From Candidatus Saccharimonadia bacterium (lineage in GTDB: Bacteria; Patescibacteriota; Saccharimonadia; UBA4664; JBIOIQ01): DNA of 64,000 nucleotides. The notes under the pieces were generated by a model. The model was not told the origin of the DNA and did no database searches. It saw nothing but the letters and a program-made list of their open reading frames with translations. Each line of letters opens with the position of its first letter. Position 1 is the stretch's first letter. Positions 23,182 through 32,649 of the stretch are shown in pieces. The stretch is from NCBI GenBank assembly GCA_044449985.1, contig JBIOIQ010000003.1, forward strand, positions 10,901 to 74,900. Reading direction: 5' to 3'. A program made the position numbers and the translations under genes.

Positions 23182-25726
23182 CCAACTTAGATAGTAGCAA
23201 TTGCGCTTCCGCTTTACTATCGATTTGTTGTTGCTTGATTTGCTTAGGAGCTGACTTAATAAACCCGGGGTTGGTCAGATTCGCATCAATTGAGGCAATA
23301 TATCGTTTTTTAGATGTTCGATTGTCCCGAAGCTTTTTCAGAAACTGGTCGAGCTCAGTTGGGCTAACATCAAGCCAGGCCTCATGGCCAGTGGAAACAA
23401 GTGCGAGTCCCCTCCCCTGTTTAACCTGTTTTATATCCCCGATTCCGGCGAGCTTTGAGATGATTGGCCCAAAACTTAGCAAGTTTTTATCGGTGACGAG
23501 AAGCGTGGGCTGCGTAAGATTCATATCTCGACATAATTCTCGTGCCTCACCGATGATCAGTTGGACATGGGTAAAACTTTTGAGTTCAGGCGTAAATGTC
23601 TTGCCCGGAGGGGGCCAAGCACTCGAAATCAGGTTTAGCTGATGCCAACTCATCTTCTGCCAAATAGCTTCGGTGACAAAAGGGGCAAAAGGATGAGCCA
23701 GTTTTAATATCGTCTCGAGACAATACAGCAAAACCGGTAGATTAGCGTCGACTTTAGACGTCTCGATATACCAATCGGCAAAGTCATCCCACAACAGAGA
23801 ATATATTTTTTGTTGGGCGTCACTGAAACGGTAATTCCCGAGATCTTTTGATACGAGCGTAACCGTTTTAGAAACTTTCGATAAAATCCATTTATCTGCA
23901 ACCGATAGATCGGAGGTGGGAGCAGTATCGGCAGCTCCTCTAAAGTCTTCAGGTAGTTGAGCTAATATAAAGCGCGAGCAGTTCCAGAGTTTGTTGGCAA
24001 AATTTCGATTAGCCTCGACTCTTTTTTCATCGAAGCCCTGGTTTAATCCGGCACTGCGGTTGGCAACCAGGCTCATCCGGAGTGCATCGGCTCCGTAACG
24101 CTCGAGCAGCGGCAGTGGTGCCAAGACGTTGCCTTTGGATTTACTCATTTTTTTACCGGCTGGATCAAGCACGAGACCGTGGAGATAAACGGTTTTAAAG
24201 GGGATCTCATCTGTCAGATATAGGCCAAGCATAATCATGCGTGCAACCCAGAAGAATATGATCTCACCGGCGGTCTCCATCACGCTGGTCGGGTAGAATT
24301 GTTTAAAATCTTCTCCATCTGGGTAATTCAAGGTTACAATCGGCCATTGCCCGCTCGAGAACCAAGTATCAAAGGTATCCGGGTCTTTGTGATAAAGCTT
24401 GCCATTTTTGGTAATAGTCTTATCGGTAGACTCAAGATCAATGATGACTTCCCCATCGTCGGCCAAATATGCCGGGATCGGTATGCCCCAAACAATTTGG
24501 CGACTAATGTTCCAATCGCGGATATTTTCAAGCCAAGAAAATAGCTCCTTTCGTTTCGATTTTGGAATGATTTTTATTTGTTCTTGTTCTAAGACTTTTA
24601 GAGCCTTTTGGGCCAGTGGTTTCATCCGAATTAGCCACTGATCGAGGATTAATGGCTCAATTTTCGTTCCGCATTTATAACAATGCCCAACGCTATTTGA
24701 GTACAAAAACCTCTTCACAAGAAAATGCTTGCGCTTATCTTTTAATAAAAAATTGGAAATTTGCACTTGCGCGGTTTTGACGTCCAAATTTTGGTACTCT
24801 TTTGGCACTTCAGACGTCATTTTTCCGTCCGTTCCAATGACTTGAATTTGCGGTAAATTATGCCGCTCCCCTATTTCAAAATCGGTCGGGTCGTGAGCGG
24901 GTGTAACTTTAACAGCGCCGGTGCCAAATTTCGGATCGACGGCAGAATCGGCAATAATCGGCACTATTCGGTCAGTTAAAGGTACGTGGACAAATTTACC
25001 GACCAGATGGGCGTATCTTTTGTCATCTGGATGGACCGCGACCGCTGTATCGCCAAATATAGTTTCCGGCCTGGTAGTGGCAACAACTATCCGATCATCT
25101 TCTGAGTCATCGATCGGATAAGCGATTTCCCAGAGGTAGGTTTGCTGGTTTTCATAGACGACTTCGAGCTCAGAAAATGAGGTATTGTGCTTGGTACAGT
25201 AGTTGACGATCCGTTTACCTCGATAGAGTAAATCGTCATCCCATAGCTTTTTAAAGGTCAGATAGGCGCGATCAATGACCTTCTGATCGAGCGTAAAGGT
25301 ATTTTTTGACCAATCGACACTGGCCCCAATTCGTCGTTGTTGGTCTTCCATCTTGGACTTATTGGCGAGCACGTAATCCATAATGTTGTGGTAGAGCTCA
25401 TCTGGTGAAAAATCAAAACGAGATTTGCCTTCTTTTTCCAGCTGACGTTCGTAAACTACTTGAGTCTCGAAACCGGCGTGATCCGCTCCAGGTAAAAACA
25501 AAGTAGCTTTACCGAGCATGCGAGCATGCCTGATCATAATGTCTTCGAGCGTGGTGGTTAAACTGTGTCCAATATGCAGATCGGCATTGGCATTCGGGGG
25601 TGGCATCAATATGCAATAGGCTTCAGCTTTGGGGTCATCGATGGGGGAAAATGCTCCGGATTTCTCCCAGAGAGCGTAAATATCTTGTTCGTATTTGGCC
25701 GGCTCGTAGCTCTTATCGAGATTCAT
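23144..25726 (-). CDS. valS: Valine--tRNA ligase
   Basis: 860-aa ORF with HIGH motif (PPNANADLHIGHSL), KMSKS motif (GKKMSKSKGN) and a C-terminal coiled coil. Confidence 0.95.
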   Translation of the reverse strand: MNLDKSYEPAKYEQDIYALWEKSGAFSPIDDPKAEAYCILMPPPNANADLHIGHSLTTTLEDIMIRHARMLGKATLFLPGADHAGFETQVVYERQLEKEGKSRFDFSPDELYHNIMDYVLANKSKMEDQQRRIGASVDWSKNTFTLDQKVIDRAYLTFKKLWDDDLLYRGKRIVNYCTKHNTSFSELEVVYENQQTYLWEIAYPIDDSEDDRIVVATTRPETIFGDTAVAVHPDDKRYAHLVGKFVHVPLTDRIVPIIADSAVDPKFGTGAVKVTPAHDPTDFEIGERHNLPQIQVIGTDGKMTSEVPKEYQNLDVKTAQVQISNFLLKDKRKHFLVKRFLYSNSVGHCYKCGTKIEPLILDQWLIRMKPLAQKALKVLEQEQIKIIPKSKRKELFSWLENIRDWNISRQIVWGIPIPAYLADDGEVIIDLESTDKTITKNGKLYHKDPDTFDTWFSSGQWPIVTLNYPDGEDFKQFYPTSVMETAGEIIFFWVARMIMLGLYLTDEIPFKTVYLHGLVLDPAGKKMSKSKGNVLAPLPLLERYGADALRMSLVANRSAGLNQGFDEKRVEANRNFANKLWNCSRFILAQLPEDFRGAADTAPTSDLSVADKWILSKVSKTVTLVSKDLGNYRFSDAQQKIYSLLWDDFADWYIETSKVDANLPVLLYCLETILKLAHPFAPFVTEAIWQKMSWHQLNLISSAWPPPGKTFTPELKSFTHVQLIIGEARELCRDMNLTQPTLLVTDKNLLSFGPIISKLAGIGDIKQVKQGRGLALVSTGHEAWLDVSPTELDQFLKKLRDNRTSKKRYIASIDANLTNPGFIKSAPKQIKQQQIDSKAEAQLLLSKLDEQISAIEASQS

Positions 25727-25765
25727 GAGCTCGATTTTACTCTGCTAAAGCCGATAATGCGAGTT

Positions 25766-26827
25766 TTAATGGTGATGATGATGAGCTGGCGCACTCATCT
25801 GGAGACTTGAGTCTGCTTCCAGGAGTTTGGGGTCGGTGGCGAGACCGTCTCTGGCATACCAGAATCCGAGAGAAGCTATCATAGCCGCATTATCCGTACA
25901 CAGGTTCATTGGCGCATAGTTTATGGGTATGGGGAGTCTTGCTGCCAGTTCGGCCCGCAGGGCGAGGTTAGCGGCCACGCCACCGGCAATGACCACAGTT
26001 TTAGGATGATACTGAGAATATGCGGTCATCATTCGATCGACTAAAGTATCAACCAGCGTTTTTTGAAAGGACGCGGCAATGTCGTTCTTCTGGGCGACAG
26101 ATAGTAAATTGGCTAGTTTGGATGACGGAGTATCTTGAGGGACGTCGGCGAGCTTCTGAACCGAACGCAAGACCGCGGTTTTAAGACCACTAAAGCTATA
26201 ATCTAAACTGTCGTTGCCAAGTTTAGCCTTGGGGAAGCTAAAAGCAAGTTCATTTCCAAGTTTCGCCGCATTCGCAATGGCCGGACCTCCGGGAAAACCG
26301 AGTCCTAACAATTTCGCTATCTTATCAAAGGCTTCTCCGGCCGCATCATCTCTGGTTTGACCGAGGACTTCAAAATCATGGTGGTCTGTGAACAGCACGA
26401 TCTGAGAGTGTCCGCCTGATACGATCATGGCGAGCAGGGGGAACTCAGGAGGAGTATCAGTATCGAGAAAATTGGCATAAACATGGGCTTCTACATGATT
26501 GATAGCATAAAGGGGTTTATGACGTATCTCGGCCAGAGTCCGCGCAGTTAAGGTTCCGATCAGGAGTGAGCCCAGCAGCCCCGGTCCAGCGGTCACGGCA
26601 ATTCCATCAATCTGATCCCAATCTAGTCCAGCGGTACTTAGTGCCTCATCGACAACGGGTAACATGTCCTCGATGTGACTACGGGCTGCGACCTCGGGGA
26701 CAACGCCGCCAAACTCCGCATGAATCTCGATTTGAGAGGCCACAATATTTGATAAAACCCGTCGGCCATCTGCCACCACTGCGGCGGCCGTTTCATCACA
26801 ACTTGTCTCAATACCTAAAATATTCAT
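25766..26827 (-). CDS. tsaD: tRNA N6-adenosine threonylcarbamoyltransferase TsaD
   Basis: 353-aa ORF, MNILGIETSCDETAAAVV..., with HVEAHV and GGVAAN motifs. It ends in APAHHHHH. Confidence 0.95.
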   Translation of the reverse strand: MNILGIETSCDETAAAVVADGRRVLSNIVASQIEIHAEFGGVVPEVAARSHIEDMLPVVDEALSTAGLDWDQIDGIAVTAGPGLLGSLLIGTLTARTLAEIRHKPLYAINHVEAHVYANFLDTDTPPEFPLLAMIVSGGHSQIVLFTDHHDFEVLGQTRDDAAGEAFDKIAKLLGLGFPGGPAIANAAKLGNELAFSFPKAKLGNDSLDYSFSGLKTAVLRSVQKLADVPQDTPSSKLANLLSVAQKNDIAASFQKTLVDTLVDRMMTAYSQYHPKTVVIAGGVAANLALRAELAARLPIPINYAPMNLCTDNAAMIASLGFWYARDGLATDPKLLEADSSLQMSAPAHHHHH

Positions 26828-26894
26828 AGATTGATTTAATACTAGCGAACTTGATCCGGCTTACAAGGGTTATCTAAGCTTGGGAACTATCAGG

Positions 26895-27986
26895 TCAGTC
26901 TATCTTATGACGGAGCATGTGTTGTTTTTCTTCGAGCCACTGGAGCTTGTATTTAAAACTGTTGATGGGGTAGTCCTGGGCCGGGATATAGAGTTCTTGA
27001 TACCCGCCAAAACTTTGTTTAAAAGTTGAGTATCCGTAGCCATAGTGACTGGGATGGTTCTGGGGACTATCTATCACTCCCCAGAAATTGTATCTGGATG
27101 CACCTAGGTTGCGGACATCTTTCATAATCTCAAGGTGCATATATTGGGGGGCGTGCAGATCGCGATGTTCATCTGATGATGCGCCGTGCAGATATGAGGC
27201 TTCAATGCCTGAAACTGTGATGAGAGCTGTAGCGAGGGCTCTGCCATCGAGTTCGGCCAGATAGACATATTCAAGACCGGATGGCGCGAGAATTTCAAAT
27301 TGCTGCCGGTAGTACTGATCTGGGAACCTGCCAATTCCCCCTTTACGATGATCGAGACCACCAAGCAGAGCCAGAAAAGTTTCCAGATCTTTCATTTCAC
27401 TTGATCGGCGTACCGCCACCCCGGCTTTTATTGCTCGACGCAGATACCTTGGAACGTTACTGCGCATCCCGTGTTCGCTGAGCCAATGCATTTGCGCGTC
27501 TTCTGTTTCGAACAGATCGGCGATCCAAGCCCTTCCAACTTGTACAAACCATTTTGCAGCAGGTCTAAACTTAAGATCGGCAAAAACAACCGCCGACAGG
27601 TTAGTTTTGCCGAGGGCCGGATCAATTCGAAGAAACAGGTTATTTGTGCCCTGATATTTATCTTGCAAGTCTTTCAAGACAGCTCGCAGGAGAGCCGGAT
27701 TATCATAGTTTAGGAGGGGACCTCTCGGGAGGTAGCAGTACGGTCCAAATCGAGACGCTTCCTGGATTACTAGTGCCGATGCGACCAGTTCCGACTGATC
27801 GTACCAGCCAATTCGGTCAATCGACTTCCCAAGACTTTGTTGAAAAAGCCCCCACTGCCAGGTGTGATAAAACTTTAGCCACTTAGCAAGTTCAGGTTGA
27901 GCTTGAAAGCGGGTGAGTTCATCCCGAGAGAATAGCGGTTGCATGGTTAATGACATTTGCCGCAATTGTAGCATGCGACAGATCAA
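26895..27986 (-). CDS. FemAB-family aminoacyl-tRNA-dependent peptidyltransferase-like protein (paralog 1)
   Basis: 363-aa ORF with FemAB-type pattern (...YLHGASSDEHRDLHAPQYMHLEIMKDVRNLGASRYNFWGV...FKQSFGG). The start is uncertain (TTG 27986, ATG 27974/27956/27944) and it overlaps the end of the DegT gene. Confidence 0.8.
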   Translation of the reverse strand: MICRMLQLRQMSLTMQPLFSRDELTRFQAQPELAKWLKFYHTWQWGLFQQSLGKSIDRIGWYDQSELVASALVIQEASRFGPYCYLPRGPLLNYDNPALLRAVLKDLQDKYQGTNNLFLRIDPALGKTNLSAVVFADLKFRPAAKWFVQVGRAWIADLFETEDAQMHWLSEHGMRSNVPRYLRRAIKAGVAVRRSSEMKDLETFLALLGGLDHRKGGIGRFPDQYYRQQFEILAPSGLEYVYLAELDGRALATALITVSGIEASYLHGASSDEHRDLHAPQYMHLEIMKDVRNLGASRYNFWGVIDSPQNHPSHYGYGYSTFKQSFGGYQELYIPAQDYPINSFKYKLQWLEEKQHMLRHKID

Positions 27987-29142
27987 TTTCCGGACCTGTT
28001 GGCAGGTTTAAAATTCGTTCCGCGATTGATTCGGCTTGGGGGCAGCTCGCCGGATTGTAGCCAATAGCTTCGAAGTTGGTATCTGCAGGATAAAGTGCCG
28101 GGCGGTACCAGTCGGTGACGTAAATATCCTTCGATTTGAGGGCGGCTACAATTAAGCTCCGCAGCTTCTCAGATTCGCAAATAATCGGATACTTCAGTAG
28201 CGGCAAGTTAGCCGGACCAGGAAGCACTAGGTGGTGATTGTTCGCCAGCCACTCTCCGTAAAATTTCGTCAGTTCCTGGCGATGGGCCAACGTCGAATCA
28301 AGCGTTTTCAAACTTTCCAGAATAATCGTCGCTGCTACTCCTGGCATGGTCGATGGAGTGCCTTTGGGATACTTTCCCCGCAGTTCGGATCTGGAGATGG
28401 CGGCTTTTAGGATCCCGCTAAGTTCTAAAATTCGGCGTAAAATCCTTCCCAGCCAATCTGGAGACTTCCGAATAAGTTGACGTAATGGGGGATAGAGTAA
28501 CCATAAAAACGTTTGAGTACGACTTAACTCAGGCAGTTTTCGATACATTGTTTCAATGTTCTTTACCAGATCGGGACTAGAGACCAGTAAAGCGCCCCCG
28601 AACTTGGATTGGAGGCTTTTTTCAATACCGAAGCTGAAGATGGCGGCGTCTCCCATGGTCCCTAAAGGATTTGCTTGGTCATGGACGCCTAAACTGTGCG
28701 CACAATCCTCAACAATAATCAGATTATGTTTAGCAGCTATCTCCTTAACCGCTTTAGAAGCCCCAGGAATGCCGAAAGAATGCTGCAGGACAATTACACG
28801 AGTTTTGGCCGATACGCGTTCAGAGAGGCTCTGCGTGGCCGCAGAAAGGGTCTTTGTATCGATATCGACAAAGATTGGCGTGAGACCAGCCCAGATAATT
28901 GGATTTACTGCTGTGACACAGGTAAAGGATTGAACCAACACTTCGCTGCCTGATTCGAGATTCAGAGACTCAAGTAACAGATAAAGCGCGGTTCTGCCGT
29001 TGACGGTCAAAAACCATTGATGAGGAGTAAAGTTCTTGGCGAAGTAGCGTGTGTCGAGTTCCGTTTTCAGTCGTGCTAGCGGCTTTGGATTACGATATCC
29101 CCCAATGTTTGCGACCAAATTCAGATACCTACGCGCGTTCAT
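27919..29142 (-). CDS. DegT/DnrJ/EryC1/StrS-family PLP-dependent sugar aminotransferase
   Basis: I trimmed to ATG 29142 (MNARRYLNLV...) because the longer track ORF overlaps the divergent gene. The family pattern includes FSFGIEKSLQSKFGGALL, with a candidate PLP Lys. Confidence 0.85.
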   Translation of the reverse strand: MNARRYLNLVANIGGYRNPKPLARLKTELDTRYFAKNFTPHQWFLTVNGRTALYLLLESLNLESGSEVLVQSFTCVTAVNPIIWAGLTPIFVDIDTKTLSAATQSLSERVSAKTRVIVLQHSFGIPGASKAVKEIAAKHNLIIVEDCAHSLGVHDQANPLGTMGDAAIFSFGIEKSLQSKFGGALLVSSPDLVKNIETMYRKLPELSRTQTFLWLLYPPLRQLIRKSPDWLGRILRRILELSGILKAAISRSELRGKYPKGTPSTMPGVAATIILESLKTLDSTLAHRQELTKFYGEWLANNHHLVLPGPANLPLLKYPIICESEKLRSLIVAALKSKDIYVTDWYRPALYPADTNFEAIGYNPASCPQAESIAERILNLPTGPEIDLSHATIAANVINHATAILSG

Positions 29143-29193
29143 AGCCTTAGTATAATCACTCACGATGAGCTTAGCGAATGCTACAATTGTCCC
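29143..29193. promoter_or_regulatory. Divergent promoter region; -10 boxes sit 6 nt from both start codons (leaderless candidates)
   Basis: Plus strand: TGCTACAAT with TACAAT at 29182-29187 and ATG at 29194. Minus strand: TATACT at 29154-29149 and ATG at 29142. A plus-strand TATAAT also lies at 29151-29156. Confidence 0.45.
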
Positions 29194-30180
29194 ATGAGTA
29201 TAGAACCCGGACTGCCGCCAAAGAGTTGGGATACCCACCAGAGAACCTTGGGAGGTCATTTCTTGCAATCAAGAGGGTGGGCCGAGTTCCAAATCGCCCT
29301 TGGACGGATAGTCTTGTTTGACCACGCTCCGGCGTGGAGTTTTGTTGCAACCGAGCGAGCTAGCGCCAAAATAAAATATCTCAATCTATCTTACGGTCCG
29401 ACTCTCTCGGAGAACTCCTTACCGGATGCACTCAGCGGACTGATGGAGTATGCCAAAAGTAATGGGCAAACTTTTATCAGGATCGAACCGATGGGACTCG
29501 TTTCAGTAGATCAGGTCAGAAACTGTGGACTTTCGGTTACTTCAATTGAAGAAATCGAGCCTCAACTGACTATGCTCCTTGATCTTAAGCTTTCAGAAGA
29601 GGAACTTCGACATAACCTGAGCTCAGGCCACCGCAGTGCAATCAACGGAGCCGAACGGCGGGGACTTAGTTTTGCTCACGCAATGGCCGATGCCGATTAT
29701 GAGGCATTTATTTACATGATGAGCGCAACTGCCAGAAGGGCTCACATCAATACATTTGAACCCCAATACTTTCGGACTCTTCGAGAAACCCTCTCGAAAA
29801 ACGACAACTTTAGGCTCTATATCGCTGAGTTCGAGAATCGAATCGTAGCCGCTTGTGTGATCTTTACTACTCCTGATACTTGGTATTACGCCTTTGCCGC
29901 GAGTGACCCGGAGAATGTCAAACTCCAAGCTGGGGCACCCCTGCTTTGGCAAGCCATTTTAGACGCTAAGGCCGCCGGGGCTGGCTCGTTTGATCTGTGG
30001 GGCATAGTCCCAACCGATACTAAGTCCGCAAAATCTGGGTATAGCCATTTTAAGCGAGCCTTCGGGGGGACAACGAAAGCTTATAGTGGCAGCTGGGACG
30101 TTATCGTAAGTCCTGCCAAGTATCGGACGTTTCAGATGGCCAGATCAGTCGGACGGGTAATCCGGGAATTAAGGCGCTAA
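29194..30180 (+). CDS. FemAB-family protein (paralog 2)
   Basis: 328-aa ORF with the pattern ...FLQSRGWAEFQ...YYAFAASDPENVKLQAGAPLLWQAILDAKAAGAGSFDLWGI...FKRAFGG. Confidence 0.85.
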   Translation: MSIEPGLPPKSWDTHQRTLGGHFLQSRGWAEFQIALGRIVLFDHAPAWSFVATERASAKIKYLNLSYGPTLSENSLPDALSGLMEYAKSNGQTFIRIEPMGLVSVDQVRNCGLSVTSIEEIEPQLTMLLDLKLSEEELRHNLSSGHRSAINGAERRGLSFAHAMADADYEAFIYMMSATARRAHINTFEPQYFRTLRETLSKNDNFRLYIAEFENRIVAACVIFTTPDTWYYAFAASDPENVKLQAGAPLLWQAILDAKAAGAGSFDLWGIVPTDTKSAKSGYSHFKRAFGGTTKAYSGSWDVIVSPAKYRTFQMARSVGRVIRELRR

Positions 30181-31221
30181 ATGAGACCAGCAAGTGCAGC
30201 TGAGAAGCAGTCTTGGGACAGCTTGATTCTGGCAAATCCAGATGGGGGACAGGTCTTTCAGACAAAAGCCTGGGGAAACTTTAAAGCCCTTCATAACTGG
30301 CAACCCCATTTTTATATCCATGATCTTTCATCTGGGCCTGTGGCGGTGATGTATCTGGTCCGGAAGCTGCCTAAATTCGGGGAGATTTGGTGGGCTCAAA
30401 AAGGTCCGGGGGTAGCGACAGATACGGCGCTCGCCGAACTGGCCGGCACCTTGAAGCCGTCGACCAACAGCTTTATGGTCAGACTCAACCCAAGTCTCAT
30501 AAAATCCCAGGTTAACCCGACCATACTGCAATCAGTTGGGCTGGTCGAAGCAAAACGGGATGTTTCCCCGGACAAGTCCACCATAATTGTTGATTTGTCG
30601 CCCAGCGAAGACGACATCATCAACTCATTCAAACAAAAAACCAGATATAACATTCGGCTAGCCGAGAAGAGGGGAGTTAGTGTCACCCCAGTGCCACCAA
30701 CTCAGGTTAATCTTGAGATCATGTATAGTTTGCTGGCCGAAACCAGTAGCAGGGCTCAATTTTACACCCGAGCGAAAAGCTATTACCTGGGCTACTGGAA
30801 AATATTGGCCGATGCCGAGCTCGGAACCTTGATGTTCGCGCAGTTTGAAGGGCAAGTCCTGGCAGGGTTGTTCGCAACTCATACAGGAACAAAAGCTTGG
30901 TACAAGGATGGAGGCTCCTCGACTGAGCATCGCAATCTTATGGCAGCCTATCTGTTGCAATGGGAGACTATGCGCCTGCTTAAGCAGCGCGGCATAACCA
31001 GCTATGATCTGGTCGGGGTTCCACCTTCAGATGAGCTAAGTCCTGAGAATTCTATTTATAGTTTGTATCAGTTTAAGGCCGGTTTTAACGAGACAATTAC
31101 TGATTATATTAACTCTTATGACTATCCAGTAAAATTAACTACTTATTTGCAATGGGACAGGTGGGGCGAGCGAGCAATGAGCGCCTATTATATGCGTACC
31201 AAACGGCAATTATTGTATTAA
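30181..31221 (+). CDS. FemAB-family protein (paralog 3)
   Basis: 346-aa ORF starting immediately after the previous stop. Pattern is ...FQTKAWGNFK...WYKDGGSSTEHRNLMAAYLLQWETMRLLKQRGITSYDLVGV...FKAGF. Confidence 0.85.
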   Translation: MRPASAAEKQSWDSLILANPDGGQVFQTKAWGNFKALHNWQPHFYIHDLSSGPVAVMYLVRKLPKFGEIWWAQKGPGVATDTALAELAGTLKPSTNSFMVRLNPSLIKSQVNPTILQSVGLVEAKRDVSPDKSTIIVDLSPSEDDIINSFKQKTRYNIRLAEKRGVSVTPVPPTQVNLEIMYSLLAETSSRAQFYTRAKSYYLGYWKILADAELGTLMFAQFEGQVLAGLFATHTGTKAWYKDGGSSTEHRNLMAAYLLQWETMRLLKQRGITSYDLVGVPPSDELSPENSIYSLYQFKAGFNETITDYINSYDYPVKLTTYLQWDRWGERAMSAYYMRTKRQLLY

Positions 31222-31293
31222 GAGCTGGTCAAGCTTATTTACGGGAAAAAATCTTGACTCGACGAGTAGGCTTTGCCCCAGTAAGATAAAGCC

Positions 31294-32625
31294 ATGTTTC
31301 GTACGCGACTAAAGTCCATTATTCCGCTGGGTCTATTTCAACGGGTTGAGCCATTCGGTCACCTGGTGGAATCGATTGTTGCCCAAGTCTGGATGGGGTT
31401 TCCGGCTCGAGGGACGAGTATTATCGGGGTAACTGGGACTGACGGTAAAACAACCACGTCGGCATTTATTTCCGCCATGCTAAACGACGCCGGCATTAAA
31501 ACCGGACTTATGAATACTATCGGGTACGGGACACCAGAGAGCTGGCAGGATAATTACGTTCATATGACGACGGTATCTATCTGGGAACTGCTCAGACGAA
31601 TCAAGGACTTTAAGGCTCAAGAAGTCTCCTGGATAGTAATTGAAACTACCTCACATGCTCTCGCGCAAAACCGGGTTTGGGGCTTGCCCTATCAGATCGC
31701 AGTAATGACGAACGTGACGCATGAGCATCTTGATTACCATAAAACTTTTGAACGTTATCGAGACGCGAAAAGAAAGTTATTTAAGATCGCTGATCGAGGT
31801 AATTTAAAGATTGGCGTCATCAATGCCGAAGACGGATCGGAGAATCTGTTCCAGTCTGATATTACTGTCCCAATACTTTATGGCTTGAAAAAAGGAGATT
31901 TGAGGGTGAGTAAGATCGATTCCCAACCTACCGAAACGAGTTTCGATCTGAATTTCAATGTTGGACATAGTGGCTCGAGGCGCCTGTATAACGACGAGTC
32001 TGCTCGCGTAACTATACATCTCCCAGGAGAGTTTAATGTCTATAACGCCCTGGCTGCCGCGGCCGTCGGAGATGTACTCGGTTTATCTGGAGATCAGATT
32101 GCCCATGGACTGGCATCGCTCGCGTCGGTGGAAGGAAGGATGAATCGGATTGATGAGGGACAGAGCTTTACCGTACTGGTAGATTTTGCTCATACTCCGG
32201 ATAGTTTTTCGAAACTTTTGCCTGAGCTGGCTCGCACTACCAAGGGCAAGCTGATTGTGCTATTTGGTTCGGCCGGTCGCAGAGATGAACAAAAACGAGC
32301 GATTCAGGGGGAAATTGCTGGAAAATGGGCCGACACTGTGATACTGACGGAAGAAGATAATCGAGATATTCCGGGTGAGTCAATTCTGGAAGATATGGCC
32401 GCGGGAGCCAAAAAAGCTGGAAAAGTGATCGACAAAGATCTATTTTTAATCCCTGATCGCACCACCGCAATTGAATATGCCATGCAGATCGCCGGCCCGA
32501 AGGATGTCGTGATCCTCTTGGGTAAGGGACACGAGAAGACGATTGAGCGAGCTGATGGAGAGCACCCCTGGGATGAGACCCAAACAGCACGCAAAGCGAT
32601 CCGAAAGTTATCATCAGCCAGTTAG
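31294..32625 (+). CDS. Mur ligase family protein (MurE-like UDP-MurNAc-peptide ligase)
   Basis: 443-aa ORF with ATP-binding loop GVTGTDGKTTT and the typical middle and C-terminal Mur-ligase pattern (...VDFAHTPDS...GSAGRRD...). The N-terminal domain is short. Confidence 0.8.
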   Translation: MFRTRLKSIIPLGLFQRVEPFGHLVESIVAQVWMGFPARGTSIIGVTGTDGKTTTSAFISAMLNDAGIKTGLMNTIGYGTPESWQDNYVHMTTVSIWELLRRIKDFKAQEVSWIVIETTSHALAQNRVWGLPYQIAVMTNVTHEHLDYHKTFERYRDAKRKLFKIADRGNLKIGVINAEDGSENLFQSDITVPILYGLKKGDLRVSKIDSQPTETSFDLNFNVGHSGSRRLYNDESARVTIHLPGEFNVYNALAAAAVGDVLGLSGDQIAHGLASLASVEGRMNRIDEGQSFTVLVDFAHTPDSFSKLLPELARTTKGKLIVLFGSAGRRDEQKRAIQGEIAGKWADTVILTEEDNRDIPGESILEDMAAGAKKAGKVIDKDLFLIPDRTTAIEYAMQIAGPKDVVILLGKGHEKTIERADGEHPWDETQTARKAIRKLSSAS

Positions 32626-32649
32626 TTTACAATTTTTTAGGGGTAACAA

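Noticed and set aside
25766-25789. The C-terminal HHHHH on TsaD, which looks like an engineered His-tag.
   Set aside because: There is no linker, protease site or vector-like sequence around it. The codons are mixed CAT/CAC and the gene sits in native context. It is probably a natural His-rich tail, possibly metal-related since TsaD binds a metal. I do not treat it as evidence of a construct.
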